Of a stretch of DNA of 64,000 bases, positions 20,325 through 30,116 are shown piece after piece (within the stretch, counting starts at the first letter, position 1; the number at the start of each line of letters is the position of its first letter). The position numbers were made by a program, and so were the translations under genes. This stretch comes from Chitinophagaceae bacterium (lineage in GTDB: Bacteria; Bacteroidota; Bacteroidia; Cytophagales; JASGCU01), in contig JASGCU010000002.1 of assembly GCA_030053935.1 (NCBI GenBank), positions 9,107-73,106 on the forward strand, read 5' to 3'. The notes under the pieces were generated by a model that was not told where the DNA came from, searched no databases, and saw nothing but the letters and a program-made list of their open reading frames with translations.

Positions 20325-23300
20325 TTATTTTTTATTAAGCATTTTTATTTTTTCTGCTTCTTTAAAAAATTGATTTGCTTTTTCGGATTCTCCTTTTTCT
20401 AAATAAATATTTCCGATGTTCTTATGAGGGTCGGGATAATTTTTTTTTATTTGGATAGATTTATTAAAACATTCTATTGCGTTATAGTATTCTTTTTTTT
20501 TATGGTAAATAAGTCCTAATTGGTTATATGATTCCGCAGATTTAGGATCTGTTTCTAATATTTTTTTATAACATTTTATTGCTTTATCATATTCTCCTTT
20601 ATAAAAATGTATTAACCCTATATTAAATATAGGGAGTATAAGGTTTTGTTGGTTGTGGGATACTTTTTTAAGGTACTCCATAGATTTATCATATTCTTTC
20701 GTAAGTAAAAGAATATTTCCCATTTTTAGTGTGATGGATTCGGAGTTTGGAAATAGTTCCATGCCTTGTGTGTAATATTTTATTGCATTATCATAGTCGG
20801 ATATAGTTTCGTATATTTCTCCTATTTTTTCTAATATTTCGTAGAAAGTAGGGTCTAATTCTATTGTTTTTTTATAATACAAGAGAGCTTTATGTGGTTC
20901 TTTTTTCTGTTCGTATGTTTTTGCAATTTGAAAAATGGATTCTTTATGATTTGGATTTATGGATACTATTTTTGTAAAAAACTCTATTGCTTTATCGTAT
21001 TCAGATTTTTCTAGATGTATTACTCCTAATGCAAAAAGTGTATCTACATTTTTAGGATCTATTATAATGCTTCTTTTGCAATACCTCATAGCATTAACAT
21101 AATCTTGTCTTTTAAAGTAAGCGATTCCTATTTTACTTATGGCGGAAATATTATCGGGAGATATATCTAATATTTTTTTATAAAAGTTTATTGCATTGCT
21201 TGGGTCGGACATTTGAAACATATACATATTTCCTATTTCTTGTAGTATTGTTATATTTTTAGGTTCTAATACTATTATTTTTTTATAAGCAATAGTAGCT
21301 TTCTCATACTGTTTTTGTTGGGTGTATATAAAGGCAATATCTTTGAGTACTTCTTTTGCATCGGGTCTTCGTTCTACGTAGTTTTCTAGATATTCTATGG
21401 ATTTTTCATAATCTTGTTTTTTAAGATAGAGTTTACCAACGTGGCAGTATGTTTCGTGAAGATTAGGGTTAAGAGATATTATTTTGAGGTAGTATTCTAT
21501 TGCTTCGTCTATTTTATCATTTTGAGAATATATCTGTGCTATAGAATATAAAATATCATATTTATAGGTGTTGAACTCTAAAAGTTTTTCGTAAAAAAAG
21601 AGTGCTTTTTCTTGTGTTTCTTTATCTTGTGAAAAGACGAGAGCAAGTTTTTGATATACTTCGTGTAATATTGTTTCCTTTGAAGTAGGGGGTATGCTTA
21701 TATCTGTATCTTTTGGGGATTCTGATAGTTCATAAAAGTATTCTCCGAAGCCAAGAGTAGTATTTCCTATTTTTTTATAGTATCCTAATGCTTTTTGTTT
21801 GTATCCTTTTTCAAAAAATATGTTTCCTAGATAAAAAAGTGCTTCGGTGTTTTCAGGTTCTATTTCTAATGATTTTTCAAAGAATTCTATTGCTTTATCA
21901 TACGACTTAGATCTATAATAAATAAACCCAATTTTATTATAGGCATCGTAAAAATTGTTTTTTTGCTGAATAGATGTTTCATAAGAGGCAATGGCTTTTT
22001 CAAATTCTTTTTCTTTTAAGAAAATACTTCCTATATTAAAAGAAAGTATGTGCAATTCGGCGTGCATTTTAATATGAGTGATATACTCTATTGCGTGAGC
22101 ATAATCTTGTTTTTCTGCGTATACAATGCCTATTGTATTCCATATAAAAATATTTTGTGGGTTTGTGGATAAGTACTTTACATAGCATTCGATGGATTTT
22201 TCGTGGTTTTTAGACAAAAAAGCCATCTTTCCTATCTTTCGGAGAGTGTTCGAATGATTATTTGTGATATAGTATTTTTCCATCCATTCTATTGCTTGTT
22301 TATATTCTGCTTTTTCCCAATATACTAAAGATATATAGTAGTAAGATTCGGTCAAGGAAGGGTCTAATAAGTAGCTTTGTTCTAAATTTTTGTAGGCATC
22401 TTCATACATTTTTTTATAAAAATAGATAGTGCCTATTTGAAAAAAAACAAAAGGAGATATTTTTGATTCTTTTATTTGCTCATAGAAATATAATGATTCT
22501 TCGTATTGATTGAGCTTGTAGTAACAAAGTGCTATTTGTATTTTTGCATCTATGTGGTCTGATTTTTGCTCTAGTATGGTTTTATAATAATCTATTGCTT
22601 CATTATATGTTTCTTTATGAAAGCATATCATTCCCATATAGTACGCAGCGGAATAAAAAGTATTATTTAAACGAAAAGTTTCTTGAAAATAAAAAAACGC
22701 TTTATCATATTGATTTTTTTTATAATAAAGTAATCCGATGTAAAAAAAAGCACTGTAGAAAGTGTCATTGAGAGATATAATTTTTTTAAACTTTTCTAAT
22801 GCCTGGTCATTCATTCCTTTTCTAAAAAAAGAAAAACCCATATAGTAGAGGCAATCCACGCTGTTAGATTTTATTTCTAGAGCTTTTTTATAATAAATAA
22901 GTGCATTATCGTCATCTTCTTTTTTAAAATATATAAGCCCAATGCTATAAAGAGCATCGTAGTTATTAGGTACAATATCTATAACTTTTTTGAAACATTC
23001 TAAAGATTCCTCATAATTATTTTGATTGAGGTGTGCGAGTCCCTTTTGAAAATACGCGGAATAAAAAACAGGGCTTATCTCTATCACTTTATCAAAATAG
23101 TATATCGATTTTGAATATTCGTTCAATTTTATATAGGAAGTTCCTAAATGATAGTATGCTGGGTAGTGTCTTGGTTTATGGCTTATGACTGTTTGGTAGT
23201 ATTGTATAGATTTATCATATTCTTGTTTTTTAGAGTATACTAATCCTATTTGGTAGAGAGTATCTATGTTTTTAGAAATATCATATGATTTTTGAAAATA

Positions 23301-24095
23301 TTCTATCGCTCGGTCATAATCTTTTTTTTGAAAATAAGTACTGCCAATGTGGTAAATTGCTTCAGATTCTTCAGGCGAATAGTGGAGGATTTTTATATAT
23401 ATATCCATTGCTTCATCTAATTTGTACATATCAAAATAGATAAGCCCTATTGCATAGAGAGCTGGTAAAAAATTAGGAGTATTTTTAACAATGGTATGGA
23501 GTACATCTAAGCTTTTATTTGTTTGTCTAAGTTCAAAAAGACATATACCTATACCATAGCATGCTGATGGAGAATGAGGATAATCTTTTATTATTACCTC
23601 AAAACAACCCATAGCTTTTTCATACTCTCGCTTACGCATAAGATCCATTCCTTGATTATATTTTGGGTCAAATATACGCAGCTCAGATTCTAAACCCTGT
23701 TCGTTTTTTTCTAAATATAATGCAGGCATTTTTGGAAAATATACTTTTCTATTTTTATTTTTTTTGAAGGAAGTGTCTTCAAAAGACATTGTTTTTTCAT
23801 TCCCTATAGATTTAATAGAAGCATCTTCTAGTTTGTCAGTTTTTGTTATATCGTTTTTTTTAGAGTATGTTTGGTATTTTGAAGTAACGACTGTTGTATT
23901 ACTCTTTACTCTTTTTAATACATTTTTTTCTTCTTTTTCTGCAAAGGGAGTATCAGAACTATTAGTAGGATATTGATTATTATTTGTAGAAATTTGTTTT
24001 GCATCATTTTCTTTGATAGAGTTTTTCCTAAAAAAGAAATGATAGAGCATAATAAGCGCTATGCATAAAATTCCGGATATTATTATAGTTGTCAT
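20325..24095 (-). CDS. membrane-anchored giant TPR-repeat protein
   Basis: 1256 aa. N-terminal TM helix (TIIISGILCIALIMLYHFFF), an about 130-aa polar linker, then a near-uninterrupted run of 34-residue TPR units (..YDKAIEYF.K.L.I.P....A.Y.IG..Y..) down to the C-terminus. Ends 10 bp before cca. Confidence 0.85.
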   Translation of the reverse strand: MTTIIISGILCIALIMLYHFFFRKNSIKENDAKQISTNNNQYPTNSSDTPFAEKEEKNVLKRVKSNTTVVTSKYQTYSKKNDITKTDKLEDASIKSIGNEKTMSFEDTSFKKNKNRKVYFPKMPALYLEKNEQGLESELRIFDPKYNQGMDLMRKREYEKAMGCFEVIIKDYPHSPSACYGIGICLFELRQTNKSLDVLHTIVKNTPNFLPALYAIGLIYFDMYKLDEAMDIYIKILHYSPEESEAIYHIGSTYFQKKDYDRAIEYFQKSYDISKNIDTLYQIGLVYSKKQEYDKSIQYYQTVISHKPRHYPAYYHLGTSYIKLNEYSKSIYYFDKVIEISPVFYSAYFQKGLAHLNQNNYEESLECFKKVIDIVPNNYDALYSIGLIYFKKEDDDNALIYYKKALEIKSNSVDCLYYMGFSFFRKGMNDQALEKFKKIISLNDTFYSAFFYIGLLYYKKNQYDKAFFYFQETFRLNNTFYSAAYYMGMICFHKETYNEAIDYYKTILEQKSDHIDAKIQIALCYYKLNQYEESLYFYEQIKESKISPFVFFQIGTIYFYKKMYEDAYKNLEQSYLLDPSLTESYYYISLVYWEKAEYKQAIEWMEKYYITNNHSNTLRKIGKMAFLSKNHEKSIECYVKYLSTNPQNIFIWNTIGIVYAEKQDYAHAIEYITHIKMHAELHILSFNIGSIFLKEKEFEKAIASYETSIQQKNNFYDAYNKIGFIYYRSKSYDKAIEFFEKSLEIEPENTEALFYLGNIFFEKGYKQKALGYYKKIGNTTLGFGEYFYELSESPKDTDISIPPTSKETILHEVYQKLALVFSQDKETQEKALFFYEKLLEFNTYKYDILYSIAQIYSQNDKIDEAIEYYLKIISLNPNLHETYCHVGKLYLKKQDYEKSIEYLENYVERRPDAKEVLKDIAFIYTQQKQYEKATIAYKKIIVLEPKNITILQEIGNMYMFQMSDPSNAINFYKKILDISPDNISAISKIGIAYFKRQDYVNAMRYCKRSIIIDPKNVDTLFALGVIHLEKSEYDKAIEFFTKIVSINPNHKESIFQIAKTYEQKKEPHKALLYYKKTIELDPTFYEILEKIGEIYETISDYDNAIKYYTQGMELFPNSESITLKMGNILLLTKEYDKSMEYLKKVSHNQQNLILPIFNIGLIHFYKGEYDKAIKCYKKILETDPKSAESYNQLGLIYHKKKEYYNAIECFNKSIQIKKNYPDPHKNIGNIYLEKGESEKANQFFKEAEKIKMLNKK

Positions 24096-24244
24096 CTGTT
24101 GTTATTTTATTAAAAAATTAAATGTATAGAGATATGGTTATTTTGTTAAAAAAAAGTTTTTTACTCTTTTATGTTCTCATGCGTGAAATGAAAACATGGA
24201 TTTGATGCTATAAGTTTTTAGATTCAATGGAATATAATTAAAAA

Positions 24245-24464
24245 TTGACCGAGAGTATATTTTTCAGAGAAAATATAATTGAGCCACCCCGAAAAGTCAA
24301 TTTTACAGAAATAATATTGAGTTTTAAAACTATTGATAATCAAACAGTTACAAAATTATAAATGTGTCAAAATTGACTTTTCGGGGTGGACTCATAATTA
24401 ATAAGCTATTTACAGCTAAATATTCTTACTCCTTAGAATTTTCAAAATGTATACTCTCGGTCAA
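24245..24464. repeat. outer inverted repeat enclosing family-A copy 1 (nested palindrome)
   Basis: ttgaccgagagtata (24245-24259) and its reverse complement tatactctcggtcaa (24450-24464) bracket the A1 element. Confidence 0.7.
24281..24393. repeat. family-A intergenic palindromic element, copy 1 (about 113 bp, MITE/REP-like)
   Basis: Terminal inverted repeats ccaccccgaaaagtcaatttt / aaaattgacttttcggggtgg flank the core gagttttaaaactattgataatcaa..ttacaaaattataaatgtgtcaaaa. Confidence 0.85.
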
Positions 24465-24714
24465 ACTTATGGGTTTAAAACAAAAAAGAATCTAAAAGTG
24501 AGATGGTATCATGACTACCTTATTTTTTATATATTTTGGTAAATTATTTTTCTAAAATTACTTTGTTAGCAATAATTCTATTTATTGCATTTGCATTTTT
24601 TATTGATAAATTGCAAAATATATAAAAATAATATTTTTTCTCATTATTATGCTATTTACTTGCATAAAATCATAAAATTTATCAAAATACTATTAAAATA
24701 GATCTAAGAAAAAA

Positions 24715-25773
24715 ATGAATTTTAGAAAAATAATTCTTATCACAGGGGGGGCGGGATTTATCGGATCGCATGTAGTTCGTCATTTTGTCAAAAAGTACCC
24801 TGACTACCTTATTATAAATGTAGATGCATTAACATACGCAGGAAATTTAGAAAACCTAAAAGATATAGAAAATGAACCACATTATAAATTTATAAAAGCA
24901 GATGTAAGAGATGAAGAGAAAATAAATCAAATATTTGAGATTTTTGAAATAGACGGCATTATACATTTAGCCGCAGAAAGTCACGTAGATAGATCTATTT
25001 CTGACCCTCTTATTTTTATAAATACGAACATTATTGGAACCGTTACCCTCTTAAATATCGCTAAAAAACATTGGACGCATTCTTCAAAAAAAAAACTTTT
25101 TTATCATATTTCTACAGACGAGGTCTTTGGTTCCTTAGGAAATGAGGGTTTTTTTACAGAAGAAACCCCCTACAATCCTCAATCGCCTTACTCTGCTTCC
25201 AAAGCAGCTTCCGACCATTTTGTAACATCATACTATAATACTTATAAAATACCTGTTGTTATATCCCATTGCTCTAATAACTACGGACCGCATCATTTTC
25301 CCGAAAAACTTATCCCCCTTTGCATTCATAATATTAAAAATATGAAGCCCATCCCTATTTATGGAAATGGAAAAAACATCAGAGATTGGTTATTTGTAGA
25401 AGACCATGCGAAAGCAATAGATATTATTTTTCATTTTGGAAAAATAGGAAGTTCTTACAATATAGGTGGAAATAACGAATGGACAAATATAGATGTAGTG
25501 CGTCTGCTCTGCTCTATTATGAATAAAAAATTGGGAAGGGCAGAAGGAATATCAGAATCTCTGATTACTTTTGTGAAAGACAGAGCAGGACATGATTTAC
25601 GATATGCAATAGATTCTTCTAAAATTCAACAAGAATTAGGATGGGAACCACAAGTACCTTTTGAAGAAGGCATAGAAAAAACAGTAAATTGGTACTTACA
25701 AAATGATGAGTGGCTCAAAAATGTAACATCAGGAGAATATCAAAAATATTATAACGAATACTATCAGAAATAA
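24715..25773 (+). CDS. rfbB: dTDP-glucose 4,6-dehydratase
   Basis: 352 aa. GGAGFIGSHVV, the YSASKAASD catalytic triad context, ...TDEVFG..., typical RfbB/RmlB. Confidence 0.9.
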   Translation: MNFRKIILITGGAGFIGSHVVRHFVKKYPDYLIINVDALTYAGNLENLKDIENEPHYKFIKADVRDEEKINQIFEIFEIDGIIHLAAESHVDRSISDPLIFINTNIIGTVTLLNIAKKHWTHSSKKKLFYHISTDEVFGSLGNEGFFTEETPYNPQSPYSASKAASDHFVTSYYNTYKIPVVISHCSNNYGPHHFPEKLIPLCIHNIKNMKPIPIYGNGKNIRDWLFVEDHAKAIDIIFHFGKIGSSYNIGGNNEWTNIDVVRLLCSIMNKKLGRAEGISESLITFVKDRAGHDLRYAIDSSKIQQELGWEPQVPFEEGIEKTVNWYLQNDEWLKNVTSGEYQKYYNEYYQK

Positions 25774-25786
25774 AAAACATACAACC

Positions 25787-26545
25787 ATGTTCAACGGAAA
25801 AAAAATTGTAGTAGTAATGCCCGCTTATAATGCTGAAAAAACACTCAAGAAAACTTATGAAGAGATTCCATTCGATATAGTAGACGATGTCATATTAGTA
25901 AATGATGCCAGTAAAGACAGCACCGATGAAGAAGCACGAAAAATAGGAATAAAACACATTATTAATCACGCTGAAAATAAAGGATACGGAGGAAATCAAA
26001 AAACCTGCTATAAAAAAGCTTTAGAAATCAATGCCGATGTCATCATAATGCTTCATCCTGATTATCAATATACCCCGCTTCTTATACACGCTATGGCAAG
26101 TATTATAGCCACAGGTTTATACCCCGTAGTTTTTGGATCCCGCATACTAGGAAAAGGTGCTTTACGAGGAGGAATGCCTCTTTACAAATATATTTTTAAT
26201 AGGTTTCTTACCCTTACTCAAAACATCCTTATGAATGAAAAACTCAGTGAATATCATACAGGTTATAGAGCGTTCCACAGAGACGTTCTATTAAAAGTAA
26301 ATTATGAAAATAATAGTAACGACTTTGTCTTCGATAACGAAATGGTAGCACAGATATTTGCTGCGGGATATAATATTGCAGAAGTAACTTGTCCCACTAA
26401 ATACTTTGAAGATGCCTCCTCCATCAGCTTTCAAAGAAGCATAAAATATGGAATGGGTGTATTAAATGTTTCTTTTGGGTATTTTCTCAAAAGATTGAGA
26501 ATATACACTCCCGCCATTTATAAACCTGCCCACTCTCAAAAGTAA
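25787..26545 (+). CDS. family 2 glycosyltransferase
   Basis: 252 aa. VVVMPAYNAEKTL...VNDASKDST...HPDYQY pattern of the GT2 (DPM1-like) family. Confidence 0.8.
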   Translation: MFNGKKIVVVMPAYNAEKTLKKTYEEIPFDIVDDVILVNDASKDSTDEEARKIGIKHIINHAENKGYGGNQKTCYKKALEINADVIIMLHPDYQYTPLLIHAMASIIATGLYPVVFGSRILGKGALRGGMPLYKYIFNRFLTLTQNILMNEKLSEYHTGYRAFHRDVLLKVNYENNSNDFVFDNEMVAQIFAAGYNIAEVTCPTKYFEDASSISFQRSIKYGMGVLNVSFGYFLKRLRIYTPAIYKPAHSQK

Positions 26546-26566
26546 GTGGGGAGTATTTATCGTTTA

Positions 26567-27748
26567 TTACAAAAAAAGCCCGCAGAGTAACCCGAAAACA
26601 ACTATAAAATATATGCGGACTTTTGTGTATTTAAGGAGTATAAAAGTAGAAACTATAATACAAGGATCATACCATACAAATAAAAAAGGATTTTTGAGTA
26701 AAAAAATAGAGCTAATGAGAATCCCCGTACTGGTAGCATTAATTCCCTCTATAGAAGCACGGACGAATCTATATTTTTTTAATTGTTCCCAAAAGGAATA
26801 GATAAAAAAAATAAAAAAAGTACCTGGCAAAAATATCCCCATAGATGCCATAAAACCTCCTACTATCTGCCAATATATGTTTTCTCCTCTCATAGAGAGC
26901 GTTCCTATAAAAGCACTAAATGAAAAAAAAGGTCCAGGAAAAATTTGTTGAAGAGCATATCCCGTTAAAAACTCATCCGATGTTATATATTTTTTTAATT
27001 CTACAAATTCAGAGAATAAAAAAGGTATAAGTACGTGCCCTCCTCCAAAAACCATACTTCCATTTCTGTAAAAGTTTTCAAACAAAAGTATCGGTAATGA
27101 ATTCGTTGCATTTCCAGTAATTGCCACAATTATTAACACTACTACCCATAGGATAAAGTTTTTCCAAGAAATATGTACGTGCTCTTTTATCTGTTTTTCA
27201 TAATTTTTATACTTCAAACCTGTAAAAGCACCTCCTAATAATAATAAAACGGGAAAAACATACGGCGAACCGAAGAAAAAAGATATGAGAATAGATACCA
27301 GAGCAAGACAGAAAGATGACTTTGTGGTAATAGTTTTTTTTGATATTTCTACAGCAGTGTAGGATACCATCCCAATGGCTATTGGTTGCACAAACCGAGT
27401 AAAATGCAGAGCATCTGCCGTTTTTATTTGAATAAAGGTAATGCAGATTGCCGAACAAATCATCAAAAATACCGCAGGAAAACACCAGATGAGCAAGCAG
27501 AGGTAAGAAAGTTTTGCTTTCCCAATTTTATATGCTATTAATACGAGAGTTTGTGTGGAAGTGGGACCGGGGACAAGCTGACAGAGAGCATTTATTTCTA
27601 ACAATTCTTTTTCAGTCAGATATTTTTTTTTTATAACTAATTGATTGAGAAATAAAGAAAGATGGGAAGAAGCCCCGCCAAAAGAAAAAATAGATAGATA
27701 CAAAATATCCTTTAAAAAAGAAAGAGATTTTATCGGGATGGGAAGCAT
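26567..27748 (-). CDS. chrA: chromate transporter (CHR family)
   Basis: 393 aa, polytopic and duplicated. FGGASSHLSLF...QLVPGPTSTQ and FGGGHVLIPF...QIFPGPFFSF CHR motifs. Confidence 0.85.
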   Translation of the reverse strand: MLPIPIKSLSFLKDILYLSIFSFGGASSHLSLFLNQLVIKKKYLTEKELLEINALCQLVPGPTSTQTLVLIAYKIGKAKLSYLCLLIWCFPAVFLMICSAICITFIQIKTADALHFTRFVQPIAIGMVSYTAVEISKKTITTKSSFCLALVSILISFFFGSPYVFPVLLLLGGAFTGLKYKNYEKQIKEHVHISWKNFILWVVVLIIVAITGNATNSLPILLFENFYRNGSMVFGGGHVLIPFLFSEFVELKKYITSDEFLTGYALQQIFPGPFFSFSAFIGTLSMRGENIYWQIVGGFMASMGIFLPGTFFIFFIYSFWEQLKKYRFVRASIEGINATSTGILISSIFLLKNPFLFVWYDPCIIVSTFILLKYTKVRIYFIVVFGLLCGLFL

Positions 27749-27751
27749 ACA

Positions 27752-28474
27752 TTAAAAATATCGAGAGAGAACCTCTCCTACGTAATATGCTATTGCAGCA
27801 GCTAAGCCCCCTAATAATAAGGTCTGCATAACACATATAAATCTATTTGTTTTAGTAGCTATGCCCCGTAAATAACCCACAAATAAAAGAGCGAAGCCCG
27901 TAGATACACATGATAAAGAGAATAAAAAAGAACTCTCTTTCATATCCATTAACCACGCTCCAAGATACGCCAACAAAGGAATCAACCCTACTATATTGAA
28001 AGAAAAAAAGGTCATAAGTGCGTTCTTAATCGGAGTCTTTGATTCCTGTGTCATCTGTAGTTCTTCCTTCATCATAGTATCCACCCAAACTTTTTTATTG
28101 GAAATAATAACTTCCACCACCTGCTCTAATAATTTCCCCGAAAACCCTTTGTTTTCATAAATTTCCCTGATTTCTTGTATTTCTTTCTCTCGCAGATGCT
28201 CCACTTCCCAATATTCAATATCCTCATGCTTTTTGTAGTTATCAATATCCGATTTGGTAGAAAAAAAACTCCCCACAGACATAGAAAAACCGTCTGCTAT
28301 CAAATTAGCAAAACCAAATATCAGCACCCATCTGATATCCGCTCCAGCTCCTGCCGCACCCGCCACTACCGCAAAGGTTGTAACCGCTCCGTCTACTCCA
28401 CCATATACGAACTCTGAAATATACTCTTTATCAAAAAAGAATACCTTTGTAGAATGTAGTTTTTGCTCTATCAT
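27752..28474 (-). CDS. VIT1/CCC1 family iron/manganese transporter
   Basis: 240 aa. YGGVDGAVTTFAVVAGAAGA motif, cytoplasmic Glu-rich helical insert, C-terminal TM bundle. Confidence 0.85.
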   Translation of the reverse strand: MIEQKLHSTKVFFFDKEYISEFVYGGVDGAVTTFAVVAGAAGAGADIRWVLIFGFANLIADGFSMSVGSFFSTKSDIDNYKKHEDIEYWEVEHLREKEIQEIREIYENKGFSGKLLEQVVEVIISNKKVWVDTMMKEELQMTQESKTPIKNALMTFFSFNIVGLIPLLAYLGAWLMDMKESSFLFSLSCVSTGFALLFVGYLRGIATKTNRFICVMQTLLLGGLAAAIAYYVGEVLSRYF

Positions 28475-28498
28475 TATTAAAAAAAATTATTTGAAATA

Positions 28499-28608
28499 TG
28501 AATCCTCCCCGAAAAATCGTTTTTACAGAAATATTGAGTTTTAAAACCATTTATAACCAACTATTCACAAAATTATAAATGTATCAAAAGTATTTTTTGG
28601 GTGGACTC
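28499..28608. repeat. family-A element, copy 2 (degenerate right arm)
   Basis: cctccccgaaaaatcgtttttacagaaatattgagttttaaaaccatttataaccaa..cacaaaattataaatgtatcaaaagtattttttgggtggactc. Same orientation and core as copy 1. Confidence 0.8.
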
Positions 28609-28717
28609 ACCATTGTATTCAAAAATAACATTTAAAATTACCAACACGCATTTAAAACACATTTTTAAAAGCGAAATCTTTTGTTTTATAAACAGTAAAA
28701 ATTAAAAATCATACGTA

Positions 28718-28784
28718 TCAATCAAAACCAGAATATTTATAAAATGGTTACAAAAAAAATATCATTTTAGGACAACCCCTTTTT
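28718..28784. repeat. family-C short element, copy 1 (possibly a half-copy related to family B)
   Basis: atcaatcaaaaccagaatatttataaaatggttacaaaaaaaatatcattttaggacaacccctttt. Lies 24 bp beyond the 3' end of the 28809-30116 gene. Confidence 0.45.
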
Positions 28785-28808
28785 TGGTATTCTTTCTCGC
28801 ACAAAAAA

Positions 28809-30116
28809 TCATTTTTTAGAATCAACTTTTAAATACGTATTTTGTTGTTCTACCCACGATAATTTTTTTAAAAAATAAATAAGAGATGCTACCATAAGAA
28901 TACTCCCGATGAAAGATAAAACATATCCCGATGAAATAAAAAAATGTAACCAGCTCGTATTTCTCTGTCCGAATTGTTTATAAAAAAGAACATTCACACT
29001 TGCTAAATATCCAAAAGCATCTGCAAGGTATATCAAAAAACCCACATTACTTACATAACGAAATGCTGCTATTATTCTTTCAAAAAAGATACTGTTAAAA
29101 GGAACGTATCCCATATAAAGTCCCATCCCTATGAGTGTCATCCACCAAAATGAATTTATTACACCATATTCAAAAGCAACATTAGAAATCCCTACCAAAA
29201 AAATCCCAAAAATAACAATAAGATGGTTTATTATCATTGCATTCTTATTATTTTTTATGAACATAACACTTCCGCAGATAATAAGAGTTCCTATAGCAAT
29301 TATAGTTTCTGTATATGCAAAGAGAGAAGTATCATTTTCTCCTAATTCTTTCCATATCTCTGCCATAAAATTATCTCTAAATTCTCTAAAAGCTGTTAGA
29401 AGCATATATGCTATTATCAAAAGGATAAGCCCATGTGAGAGAGAAACGAAAAAATCTTTTCGGCTTTTTTTGTTCATCGGGATCCTTTTAGTTCTTTCTT
29501 TTTCGTCTAACTCATCGGGTGGCGGCAACAAATTCAACATGAATAAAAAAACACAAAGTGGCGCCATAAACAAAAGCGCTACGACAAAAGGCATCCAGAA
29601 TTCATCCACACCCCAATTTACTATTACAAATTTTCCGATACTTTTTGCCAGCCCTGATCCAAATATAAAACTTGCAGAAACCCCCGCTCCTAATATTTCA
29701 GTACTTCGTCTTCCTTCTAAATATCCAAATACTAATCCCCATACCATTCCAAGGGGTAATCCATTAAAATACATAAAAATAATATTATACGGAGGTGGGG
29801 TAATAGCAAACAAAAAGAGAGATAACATTGCTATTATCATCATAAAAAGAATGGTAAATGCTCTTTTTTCAGGGGGAGACTCGGATACGTATTTTATTCC
29901 TAAAAACTTAGAAGTCATATAACCAACTACTTGAAAAGTAATCAGCCATACTTTATAATCAATATTCCAATACATGAGGCCTTCATACGTAGAAACAGAA
30001 AATGCTTTTCTAAAAGCAAAAGCACAAGAATATAAACAAAAAGAAGAAATCACTGCATATATAATAAACCATACGCCGCGGTCTTTCCCTATGTATTTGG
30101 TTATATCTATTTTCAT
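28809..30116 (-). CDS. MFS-like membrane protein (DUF5690-type)
   Basis: 435 aa, about 12 TM. N-terminal FCLYSCAFAFRKAFSVSTYEG resembles DUF5690 from memory. Confidence 0.55.
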   Translation of the reverse strand: MKIDITKYIGKDRGVWFIIYAVISSFCLYSCAFAFRKAFSVSTYEGLMYWNIDYKVWLITFQVVGYMTSKFLGIKYVSESPPEKRAFTILFMMIIAMLSLFLFAITPPPYNIIFMYFNGLPLGMVWGLVFGYLEGRRSTEILGAGVSASFIFGSGLAKSIGKFVIVNWGVDEFWMPFVVALLFMAPLCVFLFMLNLLPPPDELDEKERTKRIPMNKKSRKDFFVSLSHGLILLIIAYMLLTAFREFRDNFMAEIWKELGENDTSLFAYTETIIAIGTLIICGSVMFIKNNKNAMIINHLIVIFGIFLVGISNVAFEYGVINSFWWMTLIGMGLYMGYVPFNSIFFERIIAAFRYVSNVGFLIYLADAFGYLASVNVLFYKQFGQRNTSWLHFFISSGYVLSFIGSILMVASLIYFLKKLSWVEQQNTYLKVDSKK

